A DNA stretch of 64,000 bases, taken from a virus (taxonomy: Duplodnaviria; Caudoviricetes). Below, piece after piece: positions 39,643-46,114 of the stretch. Every line of letters begins with the position of its first letter. The stretch's first letter is position 1. The notes beneath the pieces were generated by a model. That model was not told the origin of the DNA. It saw only the letters and a program-made list of their open reading frames with translations, and searched no databases. The position numbers were made by a program, and so were the translations under genes. The stretch covers positions 128,001-192,000 of the IMG/VR virus record IMGVR_UViG_3300005259_000074. One strand, given 5' to 3'.

Positions 39643-40050
39643 TCACATATTTTCTATAATTTTCTCTGATACTGACTTAAGTCTCTCCTCAGCCACATTC
39701 GTAGACATGAGAGGTTCTTCTGTTCTCCACGAGGTGCGAGTGCTCATCCAACCTTTCCACGATTCTTCTGAATCAAAATAAGTCGCACTCTTGATCATCT
39801 CCGCGACGACGTCTTCGTAGCTAGCTTCTTCAGCTTCCCAACTATCACAACCAGAGCAAGAACCATATGAATACTCGTAGCTGAACACTCTTCCATCAGA
39901 GAGGAGCGCTGAGATGTCGACATTTCCTTGATAGTCAGATACATAATTTAAAAAGAGGAGCCTAACGGCGTGAACTTGTCTGAGTGCTTCACCGAGCTGG
40001 TGACAGTACCTGCAGTCTTCGACTATTTCTTCTATGTGGTCGTAGAACAC
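39643..40050 (-). CDS. Hypothetical protein (ends IIENM)
   Basis: YSYGSCSGCDSWE motif. Confidence 0.65.
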   Translation of the reverse strand: MFYDHIEEIVEDCRYCHQLGEALRQVHAVRLLFLNYVSDYQGNVDISALLSDGRVFSYEYSYGSCSGCDSWEAEEASYEDVVAEMIKSATYFDSEESWKGWMSTRTSWRTEEPLMSTNVAEERLKSVSEKIIENM

Positions 40051-40241
40051 ATTTTGTCCTTCCTTTTAGACCTTAACAATCGACATATCTCGCAGTCACA
40101 TTCTTCGACTGACACGTCAGATATGTCGATGTGATCATAGAGCGTGTTACCGATCCTCTCCCAACAAAGAGGACAATACACATCGCCTTCAAATCCTCGA
40201 CATACTTCTTCGAGTTTGTTGAGACAAGATGGACACATCAT
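40032..40241 (-). CDS. Small Zn-ribbon-like protein
   Basis: CPSC, CPLC and CEIC motifs. Confidence 0.55.
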   Translation of the reverse strand: MMCPSCLNKLEEVCRGFEGDVYCPLCWERIGNTLYDHIDISDVSVEECDCEICRLLRSKRKDKMCSTTT

Positions 40242-40633
40242 CGGAAATCATCGTCATCGATCTTCGCGTTTGTGACACCTATGGCTTTAAAGAACGCCCC
40301 CATGTCGAAGTTGTCGACTACGGTGAATCCTCTGATCTTTCCTAGGTCTTCGTCAAAAGATATACTCCACGGATCGTACCATCCAAATTCTTCGCTGATC
40401 TGACCGTCTGATTCTCCGCTGAAAAACTGTTCTTTGATCTCTCCGCAGTCCGCCATGTTAGCGATTATGATCAGTTCTTCAAGAGGTTTGTCATGGGTGT
40501 CGGAGGCCGTCATCAGAGCGGCGATGTCGCAGTGCTTGTCTATAGCAGCAACCTGTGTGTCCGTGAGATCGCGGATGTTCACCACGAACGACGAACAAGA
40601 ACTGTTGCTGACGAACCCTACTCGAAGTTTCAT
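40238..40633 (-). CDS. GFVSNSS-motif protein 1
   Basis: Starts MKLRVGFVSNSSCSSF. Confidence 0.75.
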   Translation of the reverse strand: MKLRVGFVSNSSCSSFVVNIRDLTDTQVAAIDKHCDIAALMTASDTHDKPLEELIIIANMADCGEIKEQFFSGESDGQISEEFGWYDPWSISFDEDLGKIRGFTVVDNFDMGAFFKAIGVTNAKIDDDDFR

Positions 40634-40640
40634 TGCTGCG

Positions 40641-41042
40641 TCAGCACGTAGTGAATGGGATCACTAACGGCTCTTCTTTGAAGTTCTTTCGGAATGTTTT
40701 GACGCACTCCTTGAAGTTGTCTTCGAAATCTGAGATAGATTCTTCTCCGCCGTTCTCTACGTCTGCGACAGTCAGACCGAGTATGAATCGCTCGAAACAT
40801 TCATCACTGTTGATCTCGACGTCTTTGATCTTCATCTTGTCGAACGCCTCTAGGATGATCTCTTGGATCTCTCCTGGATCTTCTTCATCTATGTCCTCAG
40901 CTACTGCGGCGTACGTCTCTTTGAATTTATCGAGGTTTTTGTTGAGGAATTTCACGAGGTCTCCAATTTCTTCAAAAGACTTTCCAACGATGAGAAAGCT
41001 CGAAGAACTGCTGTTAGACACGAATCCCGCTCTGATCTTCAT
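40641..41042 (-). CDS. GFVSNSS-motif protein 2
   Basis: Starts MKIRAGFVSNSSSSSF. Confidence 0.75.
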   Translation of the reverse strand: MKIRAGFVSNSSSSSFLIVGKSFEEIGDLVKFLNKNLDKFKETYAAVAEDIDEEDPGEIQEIILEAFDKMKIKDVEINSDECFERFILGLTVADVENGGEESISDFEDNFKECVKTFRKNFKEEPLVIPFTTC

Positions 41043-41054
41043 CTTCTACCCCTT

Positions 41055-41354
41055 TCAGTATGTTTCTTGCAATATGTCGATCTTCATCTCTCTCAACATG
41101 AAACCCAAAAGAATGCTCACGTGTTGGTCAGTTGTGAGATGGTATGCTGAGAGTCCCTTGCACTTCCCATCGGAGATCTTCTTCTTACTCTCTTCATTGA
41201 GGTCCCAATCAGTCTCGTCTAGATCGTGTACTGAAGAATCGAACTCCGTTTCAGCTTTGCACATCCTCTTCATGAAACCCAGCTGATCTTTGTCAGCTAG
41301 TACTATGAAGCTAGATGAACTGCTGTTAGACACAAAACCATCTCTGCACTTCAC
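41055..41354 (-). CDS. GFVSNSS-motif protein 3
   Basis: Starts MKCRDGFVSNSSSSSF. Confidence 0.75.
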   Translation of the reverse strand: MKCRDGFVSNSSSSSFIVLADKDQLGFMKRMCKAETEFDSSVHDLDETDWDLNEESKKKISDGKCKGLSAYHLTTDQHVSILLGFMLREMKIDILQETY

Positions 41355-41584
41355 TTTGACCTCTTACTGTTTTACCATGAATGAACCGAAGATTATGATC
41401 GACCATATCCCGACTATCGTGAAGAAGATGTAGTCCATCAATGACATTCACTTGCTGTCGAAATAGACAGCTACGCTGACGACGAGCAACACTGCTAGAA
41501 AAATGAGGATTATGACTGACACTTGACACCTCTTTGACAATTCACGTTTGAACCTAGACTAGTATACTTGCTACTGATTAACTG

Positions 41585-41890
41585 TCATAGGTTCGATAAT
41601 TCATTATCTGTTTCATTTGCTATTTCAGCGAGGATTTCTGCGTGGCAATATTTTGGAGAGCACCAACATCCCAAGATCTTGTCTTTCAATTCACATCTTA
41701 CTTTTTCTCTCAGTTCTATGTTCTCATTCAGCCATTTTTTGAACTTGAGGATCACTTCATTCCGATTTCCATCTTTTCCAATCTCGAACGGATTTCCGAA
41801 TGGACTTGGCCGTCCCACATAAACATCATATGTCGTCTTTTTGCAGTGCACGACATACTTAGCGTATTTTCTCTTGGAAGATTTTGACAT
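41585..41890 (-). CDS. DUF4326-like protein
   Basis: VVHCKK..YDVYVGRPSPFGNPF...LGCWCSPKYCHA. Confidence 0.85.
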   Translation of the reverse strand: MSKSSKRKYAKYVVHCKKTTYDVYVGRPSPFGNPFEIGKDGNRNEVILKFKKWLNENIELREKVRCELKDKILGCWCSPKYCHAEILAEIANETDNELSNL

Positions 41891-41897
41891 ATGAAGT

Positions 41898-41969
41898 AGC
41901 CCAAAATCGGTGCCGACCCGATGACCTCGTCCTTACCAAGGACGTGCTCTACCGCTGAGCTACTTGGGC
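41898..41969 (-). tRNA. tRNA-Thr(GGT)
   Basis: Cloverleaf by hand; loop TT-GGT-AA; T-loop GTCGGCA; no CCA. Confidence 0.9.
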
Positions 41970-41975
41970 ATATGT

Positions 41976-42049
41976 TGGTGCGGTTAGGGAATTACGATAT
42001 CCCGATTGCTGTCTGGCAGGCAGCCGTCTTTCCTCTAGACTATAACCGC
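41976..42049 (-). tRNA. tRNA-Gly(GCC)
   Basis: GCGGTTA/TAACCGC acceptor stem, CCA, non-canonical T-arm. Confidence 0.85.
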
Positions 42050-42060
42050 AATGTAATTAT

Positions 42061-42453
42061 TTACCCTCTCAGGCAGCTTCCACAAGCTCCAGAAGGTTTG
42101 CAGTCTTCTGGACACCTTGTCATATCTTCTTCGTCTCTGTACTTCTCGATCATTGTCTTAGCTGTGAAGATCAACGCGCGATTTCTAGCGCCTTTCATCG
42201 TCTTGGAGTATGGAGTGACCTCTAAAAATCCTTTCCACGTGACGAATCCCCTATAAGTCTTACCCACGCTGAACACGTGGACTCTGACATCTTTCGCTGG
42301 GTCACAGTGATATCTGTTATCTCGCTCTTTCACCCACTTAGCTTTCTTGAAGACCTGCAATCGTTCTTTCACGTCGAACAGAGTTGGATGATACTTGACA
42401 TCGTCTTCTGAGAACGATATGTCTATCTTCTGCATGATCGTGAAATTGTCCAT
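42061..42453 (-). CDS. Hypothetical protein within the tRNA array
   Basis: 130-aa ORF ending just before tRNA-Gly. Confidence 0.55.
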   Translation of the reverse strand: MDNFTIMQKIDISFSEDDVKYHPTLFDVKERLQVFKKAKWVKERDNRYHCDPAKDVRVHVFSVGKTYRGFVTWKGFLEVTPYSKTMKGARNRALIFTAKTMIEKYRDEEDMTRCPEDCKPSGACGSCLRG

Positions 42454-42454
42454 G

Positions 42455-42649
42455 TCATCTTCTCACTTCTGGTATTGGAAGTCCTTCTTCTCTCAGCATT
42501 TCTATCCCATCATCGATAGCTTCTTCTAGAATCTCTAGAGCTTTCACTTGGTCTCTATCAATACCCGACAGATGAGGAAAATCTTTGCACACGGCGATGA
42601 ACTCACCGTGTTCTTCGTCGTACACAATGATCTTGTTGTAGTGTGACAT
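42455..42649 (-). CDS. HicB-like antitoxin N-terminal domain only
   Basis: DEEHGEFIAVCKDFPHLSG...EALEILEEAIDDGIEMLREEGLPIP; 64 aa; no DNA-binding domain. Confidence 0.8.
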   Translation of the reverse strand: MSHYNKIIVYDEEHGEFIAVCKDFPHLSGIDRDQVKALEILEEAIDDGIEMLREEGLPIPEVRR

Positions 42650-42724
42650 TGGTATCCTCTGTAGGTAACGAGCCTACGACCTTCGCGATGTGAACGCGAT
42701 GCTCTACAACTGAGCTAAGAGGAC
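42650..42724 (-). tRNA. tRNA-Val(CAC)
   Basis: TCGCG-TT-CAC-AT-CGCGA anticodon arm; CCA. Confidence 0.9.
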
Positions 42725-42735
42725 AAGAAACTTCA

Positions 42736-43077
42736 TCATTTCCACAATTTGTACCAAGAGAACGGCTTCGGCCACTGATCGTTAGGCCTTGGACAGAACA
42801 CCAACGCAGTCTCAGCACCACCAAGTCCCGACTCGGTCATCAACACGTATTTGTCGAACTTCTTGGCGTTCTCAAATTCTCTGTCGTTGAGCTTACAGAT
42901 GCACTTCCTGAAAGACTTGTCTAGCCATAGGTCGTAGTCTGCGTCTTTCCCAGAGAACTGCCTGTCGGCCGCTAACACTCCGTGCCCGACGGCCAGCATA
43001 GCGTGTCCTATGTCGATAGACTCTCTGACCAAGATGTACATCCTGGTGCTGCACTCAGTCGAAGTCGTCGTACTCAC
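42736..43077 (-). CDS. Peptidyl-tRNA hydrolase type 2 (PTH2)-like protein
   Basis: MYILVR...G..M.AVGHG...W....F.KCIC...TAL..CPR; start may be 43041. Confidence 0.7.
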   Translation of the reverse strand: MSTTTSTECSTRMYILVRESIDIGHAMLAVGHGVLAADRQFSGKDADYDLWLDKSFRKCICKLNDREFENAKKFDKYVLMTESGLGGAETALVFCPRPNDQWPKPFSWYKLWK

Positions 43078-43240
43078 TGTACTTGTCCATTTCTACGTCA
43101 TCTAGGAGTTCTTCGATGAGCTTCTTCTCAGACACTCGTTTTTCGTTGCGGTTCTTCATCGTCTTCTCTTGTGGGTTGACTTCCCACATTTTGCGTGTCA
43201 ATTTGTAGGACGGCGTCTTCTGGTGCTTCTTAGAGCTCAT
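43055..43240 (-). CDS. Small hypothetical protein
   Basis: 61-aa ORF with ATGA overlap. Confidence 0.55.
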   Translation of the reverse strand: MSSKKHQKTPSYKLTRKMWEVNPQEKTMKNRNEKRVSEKKLIEELLDDVEMDKYSEYDDFD

Positions 43241-43398
43241 TTCATCTTTCTCTTCTTGATAACTGTACTGCGTCTAGCTCTCTTCCAGAATTCCTCAGTG
43301 AGTTCTGGAATGTCTGAATAGTCTATTTCAGAATCTTTCATCGCCCTGAGTCTGTCGATGTCATCTTGTTTTATCTTTCGTGTAGAGCGATCTACCAT
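43237..43398 (-). CDS. BrnA-antitoxin-like N-terminal fragment (53 aa, not in the ORF track)
   Basis: MVDRSTRKIKQDDIDRLRAMKDSEIDYSDIPELTEEFWKRARRSTVIKKRKMK; overlaps both neighbours. Confidence 0.7.
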   Translation of the reverse strand: MVDRSTRKIKQDDIDRLRAMKDSEIDYSDIPELTEEFWKRARRSTVIKKRKMK

Positions 43399-43553
43399 TC
43401 TGTGATAGTCTTTCTGAAATCTTCTTTCGGAAGATTCTTATACCTGCGAACTTTCTTCTTGCAGTAAGGACAGCGTTCTCCTTCGCTCACGAGTGCGTGA
43501 TCGCAACATGGACACCAAGAATGCCTGTATCTGTGTAAAGGGCCGCGCTTCAT
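43392..43553 (-). CDS. Small Zn-ribbon protein
   Basis: CPCC and CPYC motifs; ATG three nt after the CCA of tRNA-Val(TAC). Confidence 0.6.
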   Translation of the reverse strand: MKRGPLHRYRHSWCPCCDHALVSEGERCPYCKKKVRRYKNLPKEDFRKTITEW

Positions 43554-43556
43554 AAT

Positions 43557-43631
43557 TGGTAGGAGTAGAGGAAATCGAATCCCCATAGCCGACGTGTAGA
43601 GTCGGTGCACTTACCGTTGTGCTATACTCCC
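43557..43631 (-). tRNA. tRNA-Val(TAC), C33 variant
   Basis: CCGAC-TC-TAC-AC-GTCGG; CCA. Confidence 0.85.
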
Positions 43632-43912
43632 ATAACAAAGTCTAGATCGAGCAAGTTTGGAGCGGTCCGGACATTTTACTGCAGCAATCTGTCCAAACAT
43701 CCTAAAGCATCTAATTATATATTTCTTGCTCGACCTAGACCCATAAATCATCTGGTGCCTATAACCGGTCTCACGACCAGTAACCCTCCCGACTCCTCGA
43801 CTGTTGGTCTAGCAGATTTACCATGGCACTCTGCTATACTCTGTCGCACCCTCGTTCGCGTGAAAGCAATCGATTGCTTTCCTAGGCTGGCGCTTGACGT
43901 ATCAAGCGTAAA
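43632..43912 (-). ncRNA. Structured non-coding RNA candidate
   Basis: 16-bp stem GTCTAGGTCGAGCAAG/CTTGCTCGATCTAGAC plus several hairpins, between two tRNAs. Confidence 0.55.
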
Positions 43913-43986
43913 TGGTCCCTCCAGCAGATCTCGAAACTGCGTCTCGGGCTTATGAAACCCGCGTTCTTCCTGTGAACTATAGAGGG
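43913..43986 (-). tRNA. tRNA-CAT (elongator Met or Ile2)
   Basis: CGGGT-TT-CAT-AA-GCCCG; CCA. Confidence 0.85.
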
Positions 43987-43996
43987 ATAATGCACG

Positions 43997-44070
43997 TGGT
44001 ACTCCTTGAGGGTTCGAAACCTCGACCTCTTCCATGTCACGGAAGTGCTCTACAACTGAGCTAAAGGAGC
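43997..44070 (-). tRNA. tRNA-Val(GAC)
   Basis: CTTCC-GT-GAC-AT-GGAAG; CCA; T-arm one nt short. Confidence 0.85.
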
Positions 44071-44501
44071 ATGAGATCGTTCTTGACTGTCCTTCTGATG
44101 TTCTTCCTTATCAGCATGATCATCTTACCTAGTACGTTCTTCCCAGTGCCTTTGCACTGGCTGCAATAACATACTCCCCAGCAGCGGTCGTGCCACGTGT
44201 TGCCTTCTTCGAGGTACTGATCGCCTGTGTCTAGCAACTTCTGCCTCAACACTGGGTCTCTGAACTTGTAGACCAGAAGTCGGTACATCACTCGGTACTT
44301 CTTGACTTCCCAGTCTGGAACCATTGAACAGACTTGACCTGCTCTCTTGGCTTGCCCTGGAGATGGGAGGTGAGCGATGTACTTCCTAGTCGAGGGACTA
44401 GATGCTTTCGCAGCTTGGTAGTAGTGCTCGATAGTCTTTCCGTTCGGGAACTTCGAAAAATTGGAGAGCCAACGAGTGTCGCCGCGAAATTCCTTGATCA
44501 T
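44061..44501 (-). CDS. NADAR (YbiA-like) family protein
   Basis: WLSNF, EHYYQAAK, KFRDP.LRQKLL.TG and EGNTWHDRCWG motifs; ATG at 44501 with GAGGA SD; stop lies inside tRNA-Val(GAC). Confidence 0.85.
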   Translation of the reverse strand: MIKEFRGDTRWLSNFSKFPNGKTIEHYYQAAKASSPSTRKYIAHLPSPGQAKRAGQVCSMVPDWEVKKYRVMYRLLVYKFRDPVLRQKLLDTGDQYLEEGNTWHDRCWGVCYCSQCKGTGKNVLGKMIMLIRKNIRRTVKNDLMLL

Positions 44502-44608
44502 CTCATCCTCTTCGTTTGAATTTTCCCGAGCTCCTTCGCGTCTATCCGGTCCTGGCAGGCGGCGACGTGTAGTGCCGCTCTTCGAGTCGAAGAAGGGACC
44601 CTCGAGAA

Positions 44609-44682
44609 TGGAGCACTGTGGGAATTCTGACATCCCAACTGCAACTTGGGAAGTTGCGGTCTTTCCTTTAGACTAACAGTGC
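44609..44682 (-). tRNA. tRNA-Gly(CCC)
   Basis: GCAAC-TT-CCC-AA-GTTGC; CCA; T-loop GTCAGAA. Confidence 0.85.
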
Positions 44683-44685
44683 AGA

Positions 44686-44759
44686 TGGTGCGAGTAGAGA
44701 ATTCCGACATCTCGTCGCTAGTTTGGAAAACTAGGGTCCTTCCTCTGAACGATACTCGC
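44686..44759 (-). tRNA. tRNA-Gly(TCC)
   Basis: CTAGT-TT-TCC-AA-ACTAG; CCA; T-loop GTCGGAA. Confidence 0.85.
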
Positions 44760-44891
44760 ATTAACACTCGGACTACTGATCCCTCTCCGGTCTCGACTAT
44801 ACGGTGACCTCGAGTGGATCCTTCATCCGAATCTGGCTCGGATAGATGTGGAGAGCGTCTATACGGTTCTTCACGTCTATTCGAAAACTTC

Positions 44892-44967
44892 TGGCGCATC
44901 CAAGGAGTGCTGACCTCCTGACCTGCGGATCGACAATCCGCTGCACTAACCGTTGTGCTATGGATGC
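44892..44967 (-). tRNA. tRNA-Asp(GTC)
   Basis: GCGGA-TT-GTC-GA-TCCGC; G73; CCA. Confidence 0.9.
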
Positions 44968-44982
44968 ATGATCTAATATACT

Positions 44983-45056
44983 TGGTACTCCATAGCGGTG
45001 TTGATCCGCTTCCTCATGGCTGAGAACCATGTGGTCTACCGTTAACCTAATGGAGC
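44983..45056 (-). tRNA. tRNA-Glu(CTC)
   Basis: CATGG-TT-CTC-AG-CCATG; CCA. Confidence 0.9.
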
Positions 45057-45064
45057 ATGAATTC

Positions 45065-45140
45065 TGGTGGACGCAGTGGTAATCGAAACCACATTCTCCG
45101 GGTGCAAACCGAAAGTAATAAACCGTTATACTATGCGCCC
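45065..45140 (-). tRNA. tRNA-Ala(TGC)
   Basis: G3:U70 pair; TT-TGC-AC loop; CCA. Confidence 0.9.
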
Positions 45141-45296
45141 TGTTGAATCTCTAAAGATTCATAAAGATAAATCAAACTGCCGCTCCTGTCAATGAAGACC
45201 AATTGAATCTTCACGAGAGCGATCTTCTCTCATTGCAACGCACTGAGATCTATCCGGACTACAACCGGAGTTCGATAGGCGGACGTCTCCGCTTTC

Positions 45297-45372
45297 TGGT
45301 GGATACGGGAGGTGATCGAAACCTCTCTTGCAAGATGCGAACCTGCCGTGCAGCCATCTACACTACCGACCC
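45297..45372 (-). tRNA. tRNA-Ala(CGC)
   Basis: G3:U70 pair; TT-CGC-AT loop; one-nt bulge in the acceptor stem; CCA. Confidence 0.8.
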
Positions 45373-45393
45373 ATAATAATGATGCATCTGACT

Positions 45394-45469
45394 TGGAGCC
45401 TACGGGCAAGGATTTGAACCGCCATCCATCGGGTACAGACCGATGATTCTACCTTTGAACTACGCAGGC
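45394..45469 (-). tRNA. tRNA-Thr(TGT), C33 variant
   Basis: ATCGG-TC-TGT-AC-CCGAT; two-nt bulge in the T-stem; CCA. Confidence 0.8.
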
Positions 45470-45480
45470 ATGAAAAACTG

Positions 45481-45562
45481 TAACAGAGGTGGAGAGTTGA
45501 ACCCACAATGCGTTTCCGCCTGGGTTATGAGCCCAGTTAGCCTACCGAGGCTCGTCTCTGTA
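45481..45562 (-). tRNA. Initiator-like tRNA-Met(CAT) with long variable arm
   Basis: CTGGG-CT-CAT-AA-CCCAG (three G-C pairs), U1:U72 mismatch, V-arm GCG-GAAA-CGC; no CCA. Confidence 0.7.
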
Positions 45563-45565
45563 ATC

Positions 45566-45654
45566 TGGTGGAGAGGGAACGATTCGAACGTCCGACACAG
45601 AGCCCTAATTCAAACATCAGTTGGCTCCTGCTCTACCGCTGAGCTACCTACTCC
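45566..45654 (-). tRNA. tRNA-like RNA with extended anticodon arm (20-nt loop region); identity unknown
   Basis: Canonical D-arm, T-arm and CCA; anticodon stem GGAGC/GCTCT encloses CAACTGATGTTTGAATTAGG. Confidence 0.7.
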
Positions 45655-45671
45655 ATTATTTCTATGAAGAG

Positions 45672-45745
45672 CTCCTGTGGCATGGCTCGAACATGCGACT
45701 TGGAGATTAACAATCTCCCGTTCATACCGACTGAACTACACAGGA
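45672..45745 (-). tRNA. tRNA-Asn(GTT) copy 1, inside a 21-bp perfect inverted repeat
   Basis: GGAGA-TT-GTT-AA-TCTCC; G73; no CCA. Confidence 0.9.
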
Positions 45746-45761
45746 GCTCTTCATAGAAAGT

Positions 45762-45837
45762 TGGCTCACTTGGCTTGATTCGAACAAGCATGTTCAGAGT
45801 TAACAGCTCTGCCTACTGCCAATTGTAGTACAAGTGA
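45762..45837 (-). tRNA. tRNA-Asn(GTT) copy 2
   Basis: CAGAG-CT-GTT-AA-CTCTG; G73; CCA. Confidence 0.9.
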
Positions 45838-45845
45838 ATAAGAAA

Positions 45846-45976
45846 TTAGACTGGTCGCTCTTCCGCTGAGCTATCGTGTACATTCTACTTCGTTAGCTGG
45901 ACTCAGTAGAAGTAGGTCCTCCGCGTGCACTCATCAGACCACTCACGAGTCGGATTTGAACCGACGTCTTCCAGTT
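45846..45976 (-). ncRNA. Circularly permuted tRNA-like module P3
   Basis: 3' half 45976-45941 precedes 5' half 45880-45846; ACCAG/CTGGA and TACACGA/TCGTGAG pairings; 60-nt insert closing the acceptor stem. Confidence 0.75.
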
Positions 45977-46000
45977 GATGGTGTCTCTAGGGCACCTTAA

Positions 46001-46080
46001 TGAGTGCGAGTGTTCTACCATTAAACTACCAGCAAGGTATTTCACTCGCCAGCTTGGAATCGAACCAAGACCTCTCGCTT
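46001..46080 (-). ncRNA. Circularly permuted tRNA-like module P2
   Basis: 3' half 46080-46045, 9-nt linker TGAAATACC, 5' half 46035-46001; CTCGC/GCGAG and TTGCTGG/CTGGCGA pairings. Confidence 0.8.
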
Positions 46081-46114
46081 TGGTGGAACGCCGCTCTTTT
46101 CATAACCGCGCCCC
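46081..46114 (-). ncRNA. Ala-type acceptor microhelix (34 nt)
   Basis: GGGGCGC...GCGTTCC-A-CCA with a G3:U70 pair. Confidence 0.6.

Noticed and set aside
43841-43849. GTGCGACAG as a group II intron 5' end
   Set aside because: No domain V or VI and no maturase nearby
44502-44633. N-terminal extension of the NADAR ORF in the track
   Set aside because: It overlaps tRNA-Gly(CCC); the ATG at 44501 has a good SD and matches the family start
45881-45940. Hammerhead, twister, pistol or HDV-like (theta) ribozyme in the P3 insert
   Set aside because: Only partial motifs (CTGATGAG, GCGGAGG, GTCCAGC) are present; the required partner strands or their order could not be built by hand
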